A stretch of 48,112 nucleotides of DNA, from assembly GCA_003230835.1 (NCBI GenBank), contig QIGT01000076.1, forward strand, positions 1 through 48,112, read 5' to 3'. The first letter of the stretch is position 1, and each line of letters starts with the position of its first letter. The position numbers and the translations under genes are program-made. Below, piece after piece: positions 28,937 through 38,810 of the stretch. The notes beneath the pieces are model-generated. The model was not told the DNA's origin. It made no database searches and saw nothing but the letters and a program-made list of their open reading frames with translations. This DNA is from Gammaproteobacteria bacterium (GTDB lineage: Bacteria; Pseudomonadota; Gammaproteobacteria; Pseudomonadales; Azotimanducaceae).

Positions 28937-29151
28937 TCGGTACTGTCATTACTCACAATGGAAGCCCAAATTTCACCCTTACTGTCTTTGTGATACGGGA
29001 TTTGATGCAGCTTTAAAAACTGCTCTAAGCTTTGTGCGGCCATAGCCTGTTGAGACAGACCAAAGTGCTCGGTTAATTCACTGCTGTTGAGAATGATCGC
29101 TCGCTGTCGTCTCCGGCTTCGCCGTTTATGTAGTGGCCGTAACAATTTCAT
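28918..29151 (-). CDS. Small protein, DUF4224-like (putative DNA-binding)
   Basis: LNSSELTEHFG...LEQFLKLHQIPYHKDSKG resembles the DUF4224 pattern as I recall it. A LexA box sits at its start. Confidence 0.5.
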   Translation of the reverse strand: MKLLRPLHKRRSRRRQRAIILNSSELTEHFGLSQQAMAAQSLEQFLKLHQIPYHKDSKGEIWASIVSNDSTDQPPKN

Positions 29152-29170
29152 ACTGTATGTATATACAGTA
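29151..29170. promoter_or_regulatory. LexA (SOS) box
   Basis: TACTGTATGTATATACAGTA differs at one position from the consensus TACTGTATATATATACAGTA. Confidence 0.88.
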
Positions 29171-29212
29171 ATTAACCACTAAAAACTACTTGCCGGTGGT
29201 GTATGGACATCA

Positions 29213-29896
29213 TCAACGCTGAATCCATCCGCCTGAAAAGGGGATGGCTTGGCCGACGAAGAAATCACTTTCTTGTGAGGCTAAGAACAATGCAAACTGG
29301 GCATCTTCTTCTGCTTTTGCCAGGCGACCTAATGGCACTTGGCGTTTCAGGGAGGCTTGGAAAGACTCGCGTTGTCGCAGCTTTTCTGGGTAGTACACCG
29401 GGTTCTCAACGTAGTTTTGTGCGATGAGGTTGACTTGAATATTGTTGGCTGCCACCTCTACCCCAAGAGATTGAACATAACCCACCTGCGCTGCCCTAGC
29501 CGCACTATAAGCGGTGACGGTTTTGAGGCCACGCAGTGCCGTGGCACTGCCATAAACGACAATTTTTCCAGCCTGGCGCTCGATCATTTGAGGAAGTATC
29601 GCGCGACACAATCGGTGTAACGGATGCACCATGACGTCGAAGGTATTTGCCCAAGCGTCATCGGGCAGATCTACTGCATGTATACCTGAATAGTTTTGTG
29701 ATGCGAGGTTGGCGATTAAGATATCTATCCTGCCTGCATTTTGCACCACGCTTTCACAAGCACCTGGTTCTGTTAGATCTGTGCTGTCACAAACCACTTC
29801 AGCTCCTTCTTCGCGGAAAAGTTTGCTGGTTGCTGGACCCATGTAATCCTCGGCCTGGGTGAGCAGAACACACTTGCCCTCTAAACGCTGATTCAT
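29213..29896 (-). CDS. hheD: Halohydrin dehalogenase, D-type (SDR fold)
   Basis: HHDH motifs T-x4-Y-x-G (TQAEDYMG) and S-x12-Y-x3-R (SATALRGLKTVTAYSAAR), plus IAQNYVENPVYYP. It lacks the SDR GxxxGxG and YxxxK. Start set at MNQRL, with a GGAG RBS. Confidence 0.88.
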   Translation of the reverse strand: MNQRLEGKCVLLTQAEDYMGPATSKLFREEGAEVVCDSTDLTEPGACESVVQNAGRIDILIANLASQNYSGIHAVDLPDDAWANTFDVMVHPLHRLCRAILPQMIERQAGKIVVYGSATALRGLKTVTAYSAARAAQVGYVQSLGVEVAANNIQVNLIAQNYVENPVYYPEKLRQRESFQASLKRQVPLGRLAKAEEDAQFALFLASQESDFFVGQAIPFSGGWIQR

Positions 29897-30068
29897 TTGT
29901 TTCTCCGTACTCGTCACTGTTGGAAAGATAATTACACAGCGACAATGGTGTGCCAAACCAGCAGGATACATTCCTGCGAGGAATTTATTCTATGCATAGT
30001 TTCCTTTTGGTTGAATGTTGGCCGGCCGCTATAATGCTCCGCCATTTATTCATCCAGGTGCTAAAGCA

Positions 30069-32261
30069 ATGACCCATAGCCGCATACAGCGCGGCTCGCT
30101 GCAAGTCGCAGCTGAGCTCGACGAACTTATCAGCAATCGTATCTTGCCCGGCACCGGTGTGAGCTTGGAGAAATTTTGGAGTGGCTTTGAATCGTGCGTT
30201 GCTGAATTAGGTCCGGTTAATAAAGCGCTGTTGAAACAGCGAGATGAGATGCAGCAGCAAATCGATGCCTATCATCAACAACGCAAAGGCCAAGCGCATG
30301 ATGCCGAGGGTTACAAGCGTTTCTTAGGCGAGATTGGCTATTTACTCGCGCCGCCTGAAACGTTTCAGATCGAGACCGAAAACGTTGATGAAGAACTCGC
30401 AACGATAGCGGGTCCGCAATTGGTGGTGCCGGTGATGAATGCACGATTTGCGTTAAACGCAGCGAATGCCCGCTGGGGTAGTTTGTATGATGCCCTTTAT
30501 GGAACCGATGTGTTGCCGGAAGAACCGGGCCGTGAAAAAGGCAGCACGTACAATCCGGCTCGCGGTGAACTTGTGGTTGCGAAAGCAACTCAATATCTTG
30601 ATGACACTGTGCCTTTGCTAAACGCCAGCCACGCGCACGTTACTGCATACGAGTTGATAGTGGGCGATAGTGGGACCCGTGTGCTACGCGCAATTCTTAG
30701 CCGTGGTGAAAATACCGGGCTGGTGCAGCCTGAACAATTGGTTGGATTTATCAACGAGCAAGATCCCAGCTCGATATTGCTTAAGAACCATAACTTGCAC
30801 ATCGAGATTCAAATAGATCGTAATGATTCTGTGGGTGCGGTGCATGCAGCTGGCGTCAAAGACGTTGCTTTAGAATCTGCAATCACCACAATTCAAGATT
30901 GTGAAGACTCGGTAGCAGCGGTAGATGCCCAAGACAAGTGCGTAGTCTACGGCAACTGGTGTGGTCTTATGAAAGGCGACCTAGAAGAACACATAGAGAA
31001 AGGTGATCGCAGCATTGTTCGAAGGTTAAATCCTGATCGCCAGTACACAGACATACACGGTAAAGGGCTAACCTTACATGGCCGCAGCGTGATGTTGGTT
31101 CGCAATGTTGGGCATCTCATGACCACCGATGCAATATTGGATGTTCAGGGTGAAGAAGTGCCTGAAGGTTTTATGGATGGTTTTGTAACCTCTTTGGCTG
31201 CCATGCACGACTTAAACGGCAACAGTCGCGTAAAAAACTCTCGTGCAGGCAGCGTCTATATAGTGAAACCGAAAATGCATGGGCCCCAGGAAGTGGCCTT
31301 AGCGGTTGCTTTGTTTGAGCGTATTGAACAGACATTGGGTTTAGCCAACAACACGCTAAAAATTGGTGTTATGGATGAAGAGCGGCGAACCTCGGTTAAT
31401 CTCAGAAATTGTGTTGAGCAGGCTAGGCATCGCATTGTGTTTATTAACACCGGTTTTTTGGATCGCACCGGTGACGAAATTCACACCAGTATGCAAGCGG
31501 GTGCGGTATTGCGAAAAGAAGTCATCAAAGCTCAGCCATGGATACTGGCTTATGAAGACTCAAATGTTGATGTTGGCTTGGAGACAGGTTTTCGTGGTCG
31601 CGCACAAATAGGTAAGGGTATGTGGCCAAAGCCTGATGAAATGGCCGAAATGCTGGTGGCCAAGCTTGGTCATCCCAAAGCCGGTGCGAACACCGCGTGG
31701 GTGCCGTCGCCCACAGCAGCGACATTACATGTCATGCATTATCACCAGGTTAATGTATTGAGTTTACAAAACGAGCTTGCGCAACGCTCACCTGCCAGCG
31801 TTGATGAGATTCTTCGTATCCCCTTGCTTGCTGGTGAAAATCTCTCAGCCCAAGAAGTTCAAGCAGAACTCGACAACAATGCCCAGGGTATTTTGGGGTA
31901 CGTGGTACGTTGGATCGATCAAGGCGTAGGTTGCTCTAAAGTACCTGATATTGATGATGTAGGTTTGATGGAAGATCGAGCGACGCTAAGAATATCCAGC
32001 CAACACATTGCAAACTGGCTACATCATGGCATTTGTTCCCAGGCACAAGTGGCGGAAACCCTGCAACGCATGGCAGCAGTGGTCGATGAGCAAAATTCCG
32101 CAGATACTTTATATCGAAACATGGCGCCAAACTTTGATGACAGCGTTGCGTTTCAAGCGGCTTGTGATTTGATATTTAAAGGTATCGACCAACCCAACGG
32201 ATACACTGAGCCAGTATTGCATCGTCGACGTCGAGAGGCGAAAGCTAAATACGCGAGTTGA
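30069..32261 (+). CDS. glcB: Malate synthase G
   Basis: [57 protein letters not shown] and [13 protein letters not shown]. Confidence 0.97.
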   Translation: MTHSRIQRGSLQVAAELDELISNRILPGTGVSLEKFWSGFESCVAELGPVNKALLKQRDEMQQQIDAYHQQRKGQAHDAEGYKRFLGEIGYLLAPPETFQIETENVDEELATIAGPQLVVPVMNARFALNAANARWGSLYDALYGTDVLPEEPGREKGSTYNPARGELVVAKATQYLDDTVPLLNASHAHVTAYELIVGDSGTRVLRAILSRGENTGLVQPEQLVGFINEQDPSSILLKNHNLHIEIQIDRNDSVGAVHAAGVKDVALESAITTIQDCEDSVAAVDAQDKCVVYGNWCGLMKGDLEEHIEKGDRSIVRRLNPDRQYTDIHGKGLTLHGRSVMLVRNVGHLMTTDAILDVQGEEVPEGFMDGFVTSLAAMHDLNGNSRVKNSRAGSVYIVKPKMHGPQEVALAVALFERIEQTLGLANNTLKIGVMDEERRTSVNLRNCVEQARHRIVFINTGFLDRTGDEIHTSMQAGAVLRKEVIKAQPWILAYEDSNVDVGLETGFRGRAQIGKGMWPKPDEMAEMLVAKLGHPKAGANTAWVPSPTAATLHVMHYHQVNVLSLQNELAQRSPASVDEILRIPLLAGENLSAQEVQAELDNNAQGILGYVVRWIDQGVGCSKVPDIDDVGLMEDRATLRISSQHIANWLHHGICSQAQVAETLQRMAAVVDEQNSADTLYRNMAPNFDDSVAFQAACDLIFKGIDQPNGYTEPVLHRRRREAKAKYAS

Positions 32262-32285
32262 TATTAGCCATAGGATTGGTTTGCC

Positions 32286-34058
32286 TCAATGCTCATGAGG
32301 GCGTTCTACACCCTTGGGTATCCGAATTCGCTCAATTAACTCGATGATATTGTCGGGAACAGGTGCACTGAGGCGCGAAACAACGGCGGCAACAGCGAAA
32401 TTAAGCATCGCGCCAAGCATGCCGATACCTTCCGGTGAAATACCGAACCACCAATGTTCTGGGTTGTTTAGTTCGGGCGCCATCGCCTTGAAATAAACGA
32501 TATAGCTTAGGGTAAAGGTCAGCCCGGCGAGCATGCCCATGACGGCACCGAGACTGTTTGTGCGCTTGCTAAATATGCCTAACAATATGGCCGGAAACAG
32601 TGATGCAGCGGCGAGTCCAAATGCAAACGCTACCACTTGGGCGACGAAGCCAAAAGGGAATACACCAAAGTATCCAGCGATGACAATGGCCACAGCAGCA
32701 CTGATACGGGCATATAGAAGCTCTCGTTTGTCGCTGATCCCTCGAGAAAAGGTCTTTTTAATTAAATCATGAGCAACAGAAGCAGAAATGACCAGTAGTA
32801 GTCCCGCTGCTGTGGATAATGCTGCGGCTAGGCCACCTGCAGCCACTAAGGCGATAACCCAGGGCGGCAGTGCAGCGATCTCCGGGTTTGCCAACACCAT
32901 AATATCGCGATCTACATAAACTTCGTTGAGGTTGTCGTTTGATGGATTGACGACGATTCGCGAGCCGTCTTGGTGGCGCTGATCATTAAACTCAGGTTTG
33001 CCTTGAAAAGCAGCGCCTGGGTGATACTGAATTTTTCCGTCGCCGTTCTTGTCTTGCCAGGCGATCAGTCCAATATTTTCCCAGCTTTTAAACCAACCAG
33101 CGATATCGGTGTAGGCGGTATTGTGTACGGTTTCGACAAAGTTGAGACGCGCAAAGGCACCGACAGCAGGTGCGGTGGTGTAAAGTAGCGCGATAAAGAA
33201 CAGCGCATAGCCTGCAGATCGGCGCGCATCTGATACCTTAGGCACGGTGAAAAAGCGTACGATGACATGCGGTAGACCAGCGGTTCCAATCATTAAAGCC
33301 ATAGTGATGGCAAAAACGTCGATGGTGCTTTTCGAACCATCTGTGTACGGGGTGAAACCTAGCTCTACCAATGTTTGGTCTAATTTTTCCAACACCGAAA
33401 GCCCCGACCCATCCAAAACTTGCGCGCCCAAACCCAGCTGAGGTATGGGAATGCCTGTAACTAGAATGGATATGAAAATTGCTGGCACGAGGTAGGCAAA
33501 TATGAGCACGCAGTATTGGGCCACTTGGGTGTAGGTAATGCCTTTCATCCCACCCAGAACAGCGTACATAAATACCACCGCCATACCCACAACAACCCCG
33601 TAGGTGATGGGTATGCCTAAAAATTGCGAAAAGACGATGCCGACACCGCGCATCTGCCCGGCAATATAAGTAAATGAAATAGCGATTAGACACACAACGG
33701 CAACTAATCTTGCGGCAGTTGAGTAATATCGAGTGCCGATAAAGTCGGGGACGGTGAACTCGCCGAATTTACGCAAATAGGGCGCCAGCAACAGAGCAAG
33801 TATCACGTATCCACCGGTCCAACCCATGAGGTACACGCTGCCGTCGTGGCCCATAAAGGCGATGATGCCAGCCATGGAGATGAATGATGCCGCACTCATC
33901 CAGTCGGCGGCTGTGGCCATGCCGTTGGCGATGGGGTGCACACCGCCGCCAGCCACATAAAACTCATTGGTTGAATCCGCTTTAGACCAAATGGCGATGC
34001 CGATATAGAGACTGAAGGTTGCGAAAACGAATATATAAGTGAGCGTTTGAGCATCCAT
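32286..34058 (-). CDS. Sodium:solute symporter (ActP-like monocarboxylate permease)
   Basis: GMATAADWMSAASF, GGMKGITYTQVAQY, GTAGLPHVIVRFFT and AALSTAAGLLL. Confidence 0.93.
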   Translation of the reverse strand: MDAQTLTYIFVFATFSLYIGIAIWSKADSTNEFYVAGGGVHPIANGMATAADWMSAASFISMAGIIAFMGHDGSVYLMGWTGGYVILALLLAPYLRKFGEFTVPDFIGTRYYSTAARLVAVVCLIAISFTYIAGQMRGVGIVFSQFLGIPITYGVVVGMAVVFMYAVLGGMKGITYTQVAQYCVLIFAYLVPAIFISILVTGIPIPQLGLGAQVLDGSGLSVLEKLDQTLVELGFTPYTDGSKSTIDVFAITMALMIGTAGLPHVIVRFFTVPKVSDARRSAGYALFFIALLYTTAPAVGAFARLNFVETVHNTAYTDIAGWFKSWENIGLIAWQDKNGDGKIQYHPGAAFQGKPEFNDQRHQDGSRIVVNPSNDNLNEVYVDRDIMVLANPEIAALPPWVIALVAAGGLAAALSTAAGLLLVISASVAHDLIKKTFSRGISDKRELLYARISAAVAIVIAGYFGVFPFGFVAQVVAFAFGLAAASLFPAILLGIFSKRTNSLGAVMGMLAGLTFTLSYIVYFKAMAPELNNPEHWWFGISPEGIGMLGAMLNFAVAAVVSRLSAPVPDNIIELIERIRIPKGVERPHEH

Positions 34059-34342
34059 TAAGGATCATCCTCGTCGGACACACCGTACTTACGATCGATA
34101 CGCTTCATGGCCACGGTGTAGATCACGATCAGGATAACAAAGACATATATGCTGCCTTGTTGTGCCCACCAAAAGCCTAGTTTGAAACCAAAAAAGCGAA
34201 ACTGATTCATCCAGTCGACTAATAAGATGCCGAAGCCAAAAGAAACGGTAAACCATATGGCTAACAAGCCAAGCATCAGCTTGATATTGGCACGCCAGTA
34301 TGCCTTGTGATCGTTATTCGCGTTTATTGTACTCGTCCCCAA
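34058..34342 (-). CDS. Solute symporter small subunit (DUF4212 family)
   Basis: YWRANIKL...GFKLGFWWAQQGSIYVF. TAATG-coupled to the symporter. Confidence 0.9.
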   Translation of the reverse strand: MGTSTINANNDHKAYWRANIKLMLGLLAIWFTVSFGFGILLVDWMNQFRFFGFKLGFWWAQQGSIYVFVILIVIYTVAMKRIDRKYGVSDEDDP

Positions 34343-34440
34343 ACCTCACAGTGTCAGATGCTAGCCTACCTAACCCAGACAATTCACGCCAGCCGAAGCA
34401 ACTGGTGTAACCTGGGTAAAAACACCAACTGAGGTTCGAA

Positions 34441-35184
34441 TTGAGTAAGCCAATGCAGCCGATAAAACCAGCAGCCACCATCATAGTTGTGCGAGAAGCC
34501 GCTGCAAGCTACGAGATATTTATGTTGAAACGAACCAGTAGGGCTAGCTTTGCGGGCGGTATGTATGTTTTCCCAGGCGGGCGTGTAGATGGGGATGATC
34601 ATTTACACAAATACGATACTTATCGATTCGGTCCAACCAAAGCTCAAGATCATCAAGTTTCTGCTCTTGGCTTCGAGTGGCGTGGTTATTGGGTTGCGGC
34701 GATTCGAGAAACATTTGAGGAGGCGGGGTTGTTGCTGGCTTACAAAGATGATCAGATTATTTCATTCGACAGTGACCAAGTACGTCAACGTTATTCCGCT
34801 TATCGTGATCCTTTACACGCAGGAGAGCTGTCGCTGTTAGACATTTGTCAGCGTGAAGGGCTTAAGCTAGCCGTCGATCAGGTGCATTTCTATAACCGTT
34901 TTGTCACACCTTTAGGTCGTCCGCGCCGCTTTGATACGCGTTTTTTTATCGCTGCGGCTCCGGAAAGCCAGGTCGGTAAACATGATGCGAAGGAAACAGT
35001 AGAGAGCATATGGATTACCCCCCAACAGGCGCTGCAGAACAATAAGGACGGCGAGTTTGAATTGATGAATGTGACGCGCGTTCAGCTTGAGTGGTTGGCA
35101 CAACATGCGGATAAGCAAGCGGTATTGGCCATGGCTTTGGGTCAGACAGAGTTTCCCGTTCGTCGGCCGGTTCTGCCTACCTGA
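34441..35184 (+). CDS. NUDIX hydrolase (NUDT19-like, CoA-pyrophosphatase type)
   Basis: VFPGGRVD...AAIRETFEEAG and RRFDTRFF. Confidence 0.88.
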   Translation: MSKPMQPIKPAATIIVVREAAASYEIFMLKRTSRASFAGGMYVFPGGRVDGDDHLHKYDTYRFGPTKAQDHQVSALGFEWRGYWVAAIRETFEEAGLLLAYKDDQIISFDSDQVRQRYSAYRDPLHAGELSLLDICQREGLKLAVDQVHFYNRFVTPLGRPRRFDTRFFIAAAPESQVGKHDAKETVESIWITPQQALQNNKDGEFELMNVTRVQLEWLAQHADKQAVLAMALGQTEFPVRRPVLPT

Positions 35185-35319
35185 GCTGGTTATGCCTGGC
35201 CAACCAGTTTGCCCTCTTAATCGGTTTCGCGCGTCTAGTTGATTCGCCTCGTTGGGCTTTTTGCCTTCGTATTTAATTGTTACAGTATCGCAATCACCGA
35301 TATTAAGGATAGCCAATCC

Positions 35320-37563
35320 ATGGCATCTTGGCGCATTCGCCGCTCATTTTTGTTCTTTGTCGCAATCCTCTGCTTGTCGAGCAGCGTGCAGGCGGCTGTG
35401 AGCTTTGCGGAGCTTGAATTAAAGTCGTATGAAGAGTTGGAGGTTATGTTGGATGCCGCCCCGTTGCAGGATCATGGGCGAATAAAGATCGCTATGGCCA
35501 GGTGGGCGATAGAGAGTGATCCTGTTCATTCGGATCAGCTTTTACAACAAGCGGGTGGTTTGCTGGCACTTGATGATGTTGTTGGGGAAGTGGTGCGTAA
35601 TTCCTATACCTGTTTTGTGCAGACCATTCGCTCCGAATTTGAGCAAGCCACAGCAAGTTGTAAGGCGGCCGTCTATAGTGCGGAAGAAACTCGTGACATT
35701 TGGGCGTTGCTCAAAGCCCACAATGCTCAGGCCGTGCTTTGGTATCAACAAGGGGAGTTGGCCAAAGCTTCTTCGTCAGGTTTTTATGCCATTCGAGCAT
35801 CACTGCAAACGGGTGTTCCTGAAGTTGTAGCGAATCAGTACAACAATATGGCCCTGTACGCGAGGGCGCAAGGTTTGTATCAGAACGCCATTGGGTACTA
35901 TACCCAGGCGCTGGAGCTACTTGCAGATACTGAAAAAAATGACAACAGTCTATTGATCTCCTTCAACTTAGGTGTGAGCTATGCGGACCTAGATCAACAT
36001 GAACACGCCAGAGACTTCTATTTGCGAACCTTGGAGTGGGCACAAGATAACGGTCGATATCTGCGCGAACTACAAGCACTGATCTATTTAGCCCGCTCGG
36101 ACAACGCTTTGGGCCGATATGCTGTTGCCGAAAAAAGTATGCGCAAGGTTTTGTCGGAGCCGAATTTCACCCACTTTCCGAGTTATCGGGCATTTACTTA
36201 TGCCATGTTAGGTGAGTCATTATTCGGTCAGGGGCGAATTGAGGAAGCGTTAGTTGCTTATCGTGAAGGTTTGGATCTTGTGCAGGCTGAAAAAGCCAAT
36301 TTTGAGCAACGGCATCTTGATATTGGTTATGCTAAAGCGCTATCTGCCAATGCGCAAAATATTCAGGCGATTCAACACCTCACCAGCGCCATTGATAAGT
36401 TGCGCGCGGAAAATTCTCGTCTAATGTTGGTGGATGCACTGCAGCTGCTGGCCCAATTGCAAGAAGCAAAGGGCGACTACGCCGCAAGTTTAGAAGCCTA
36501 TAAAGAATACGATAGTGTGGCTATAGAGTTGCAACAAAGTGCCTTCGATCATCAGTTGGCTTTAGCCCGCGCGCAATTTGAAGTTGATCAACAGGAACGC
36601 CTGTTGGTTGAACTGGATCGGGATCGTATTGTGCGCAACGGACTGATTATGCTGGTCATCGGACTTGCGTTGATTGCCTATTTATTTGTCACCCGCCGCA
36701 GGCAGCAACAACGAGTTGAAGCGCGCAACCTACAAGCCAAAGAGCTAGAAATGTTGGTCGATGAACGCACCAGAGAACTTCGTAGCCAAATCATTCAAGC
36801 CGAGAATGCGCAGGCAGCGCGGCGAACGCTGGAACGGCAGCTGGCTGAGGCAGAAAAGCTACGGGTTTTAGGTCAATTAACCGGCGGAGTTGCGCATGAT
36901 TTTAATAACCTACTCACGGTGATTATTGGTGCAGCGGAACTTTTAAAAGACAATGCTGATGTTGAATTCGGTGAGCTTGGATTGCTTGATCACATTCTCA
37001 CAGCTGCGGGTTCTGGAGCCGATATTACACGCGCGCTCATGGCCTATGCCCGTAAACAACCACTGCAGCTTGAAACAGTTGATCTGAAGCAGCTTCTTCA
37101 AGCTAGAATACCGCTTATCGACCGCACCTTAGGCGCGTTAGTGAGTGTTGATTTACAGTTGACGCAAGTTACCGATATCAAGGTCACTTTGGATCCGGCA
37201 CAATTAACCTCAGCGCTGCTAAATCTGTGTCTGAATGCAAGAGATGCGCAGAACAATCAGGGCGAAATTCTGGTTAATTTAAGTATTAGGGAGGACAAAT
37301 GGGCGGTTATTTTGGTCAAAGATCATGGTGTAGGCATGACGCGGGAACAACTGTCGAGAGCTGTAGAACCCTTTTATAGTACCAAACATGATGTTCAAGG
37401 CAGTGGCTTAGGTTTAAGTATGGTTTATGGGTTTAGTAAACAGTTAGGGGGTGATTTGGAAATAGAATCAGATCCGGGCGCGGGGACCAACATGCGAATT
37501 GTGTTGCCGTTGGCCAGTAATAGCGTGCGAGTGAGCGGCGAACAAAAAATCGGTGCGGTGTAA
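35320..37563 (+). CDS. Sensor histidine kinase with a periplasmic TPR domain
   Basis: Signal/TM, TPR repeats, second TM, H-box GGVAHDFNNLL, N-box NLCLNARDA, DHGVGM, EPFYSTK and GSGLGL. No receiver domain. Confidence 0.92.
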   Translation: MASWRIRRSFLFFVAILCLSSSVQAAVSFAELELKSYEELEVMLDAAPLQDHGRIKIAMARWAIESDPVHSDQLLQQAGGLLALDDVVGEVVRNSYTCFVQTIRSEFEQATASCKAAVYSAEETRDIWALLKAHNAQAVLWYQQGELAKASSSGFYAIRASLQTGVPEVVANQYNNMALYARAQGLYQNAIGYYTQALELLADTEKNDNSLLISFNLGVSYADLDQHEHARDFYLRTLEWAQDNGRYLRELQALIYLARSDNALGRYAVAEKSMRKVLSEPNFTHFPSYRAFTYAMLGESLFGQGRIEEALVAYREGLDLVQAEKANFEQRHLDIGYAKALSANAQNIQAIQHLTSAIDKLRAENSRLMLVDALQLLAQLQEAKGDYAASLEAYKEYDSVAIELQQSAFDHQLALARAQFEVDQQERLLVELDRDRIVRNGLIMLVIGLALIAYLFVTRRRQQQRVEARNLQAKELEMLVDERTRELRSQIIQAENAQAARRTLERQLAEAEKLRVLGQLTGGVAHDFNNLLTVIIGAAELLKDNADVEFGELGLLDHILTAAGSGADITRALMAYARKQPLQLETVDLKQLLQARIPLIDRTLGALVSVDLQLTQVTDIKVTLDPAQLTSALLNLCLNARDAQNNQGEILVNLSIREDKWAVILVKDHGVGMTREQLSRAVEPFYSTKHDVQGSGLGLSMVYGFSKQLGGDLEIESDPGAGTNMRIVLPLASNSVRVSGEQKIGAV

Positions 37564-38810
37564 TGGTAGATGTGATTCCCAACCAATCGGATATTCGCGC
37601 ATTTGAACTTGATCGAGATCTGTCTGCGGTAAAACGGATCTGGCGAGAAGTTGGATGGGTTGATAAAGATAACGAGAAAGAGCTTGATGGCTTTTTCGGC
37701 TGTGGCAACACACTGCTCGCTACGCTTAGCGGGGAAGCAGAATGTAGTGTGCATGTCAGTGAAGGGCAGATACGCATGGGCAGCCTGGAATTGCCTTTAT
37801 GCGCGGTCACCGCGGTAACCACGAGCCGCATCGCTAGAGGACATGCCTTTGCTCAAAGGCTGACTGCGCGACAGCTTGCCTGGGGATTTGAACAGGGTGC
37901 AAAGGTGTCTGCCTTGGGTATGTTTGATCAAGGGTTCTATGACAAGTTGGGGTTCGGAACTGGTGCCTACGACCATGAAGTTACTTTTGATCCCGCAACT
38001 TTACTGGTAGAGCATTCAGTGCCGACGCCAAGCCGTCTATCTTGTGACGATTCGGCGGCCATGCATGCGGCCCTTTGCAACCGTAATAAAGTGAACGGTT
38101 CGGTGAGTTTGAGTTCGCCACAATTATTCAGAGCTGGGCTTGGTTTCGAGTCGAAAGGTTTTGGCTTGGGTTATTATCACGGTGCAGTTCTCAGTCATTT
38201 CATGTGGTTAATTCCGCAAGGTGAGAGAGGCCCCTATCGAGTGGCCTATTGTGCTTATCAAAATACCAATCAAATGATGGAGCTGTTTGGCTTGTTGAAA
38301 AGCTTGGCTGATCAAGTTTATTCGGTGACCATGATTGAGCCCGCAGAAATTCAATTGCAGAGTATATTGTCTCGGCCTATTCGTAATGCCGCACTTACCC
38401 AGCGCAGTAAGCACGCCGCCCAAAACCGAGCCATTGCTTGGTGGCAAGCAAGGATATTGGATGTCGCTGCTTGCATAGCCAGTGTTCAAACGAAACAGCG
38501 AACTGTTTTTCAACTCAATGTCACGGACCCGTTAGAAAAATTGTTAGACACCGATAGTGCTAGCCGTTGGCGAGGAGTTGCTGGTTCTTATATTGTCGAG
38601 CTAGATGAAGAGAGTGGGGCGGAAGTGGGAGAGAATGATAATTTGCCGCAATTAAACTGCTCGGTAAATGCTTTGAGCCGTTTGTTAATGTGTGTCAATA
38701 ACGCAACAAGTCTCGCTGTGACCGACGATTTTGTGGCCCCACAAGAGCTATTGATGTCTCTGGACGTTGCCATTCACGGCGCCATGCCTAAGCTAGGATG
38801 GGACTTTTGA
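37563..38810 (+). CDS. Eis-like GNAT acetyltransferase with a C-terminal sterol-carrier-like domain
   Basis: VTTSRIARGHAFA acetyl-CoA loop, FYDKLGF and ARILDV. The 415-aa length is Eis-like. Confidence 0.78.
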   Translation: MVDVIPNQSDIRAFELDRDLSAVKRIWREVGWVDKDNEKELDGFFGCGNTLLATLSGEAECSVHVSEGQIRMGSLELPLCAVTAVTTSRIARGHAFAQRLTARQLAWGFEQGAKVSALGMFDQGFYDKLGFGTGAYDHEVTFDPATLLVEHSVPTPSRLSCDDSAAMHAALCNRNKVNGSVSLSSPQLFRAGLGFESKGFGLGYYHGAVLSHFMWLIPQGERGPYRVAYCAYQNTNQMMELFGLLKSLADQVYSVTMIEPAEIQLQSILSRPIRNAALTQRSKHAAQNRAIAWWQARILDVAACIASVQTKQRTVFQLNVTDPLEKLLDTDSASRWRGVAGSYIVELDEESGAEVGENDNLPQLNCSVNALSRLLMCVNNATSLAVTDDFVAPQELLMSLDVAIHGAMPKLGWDF

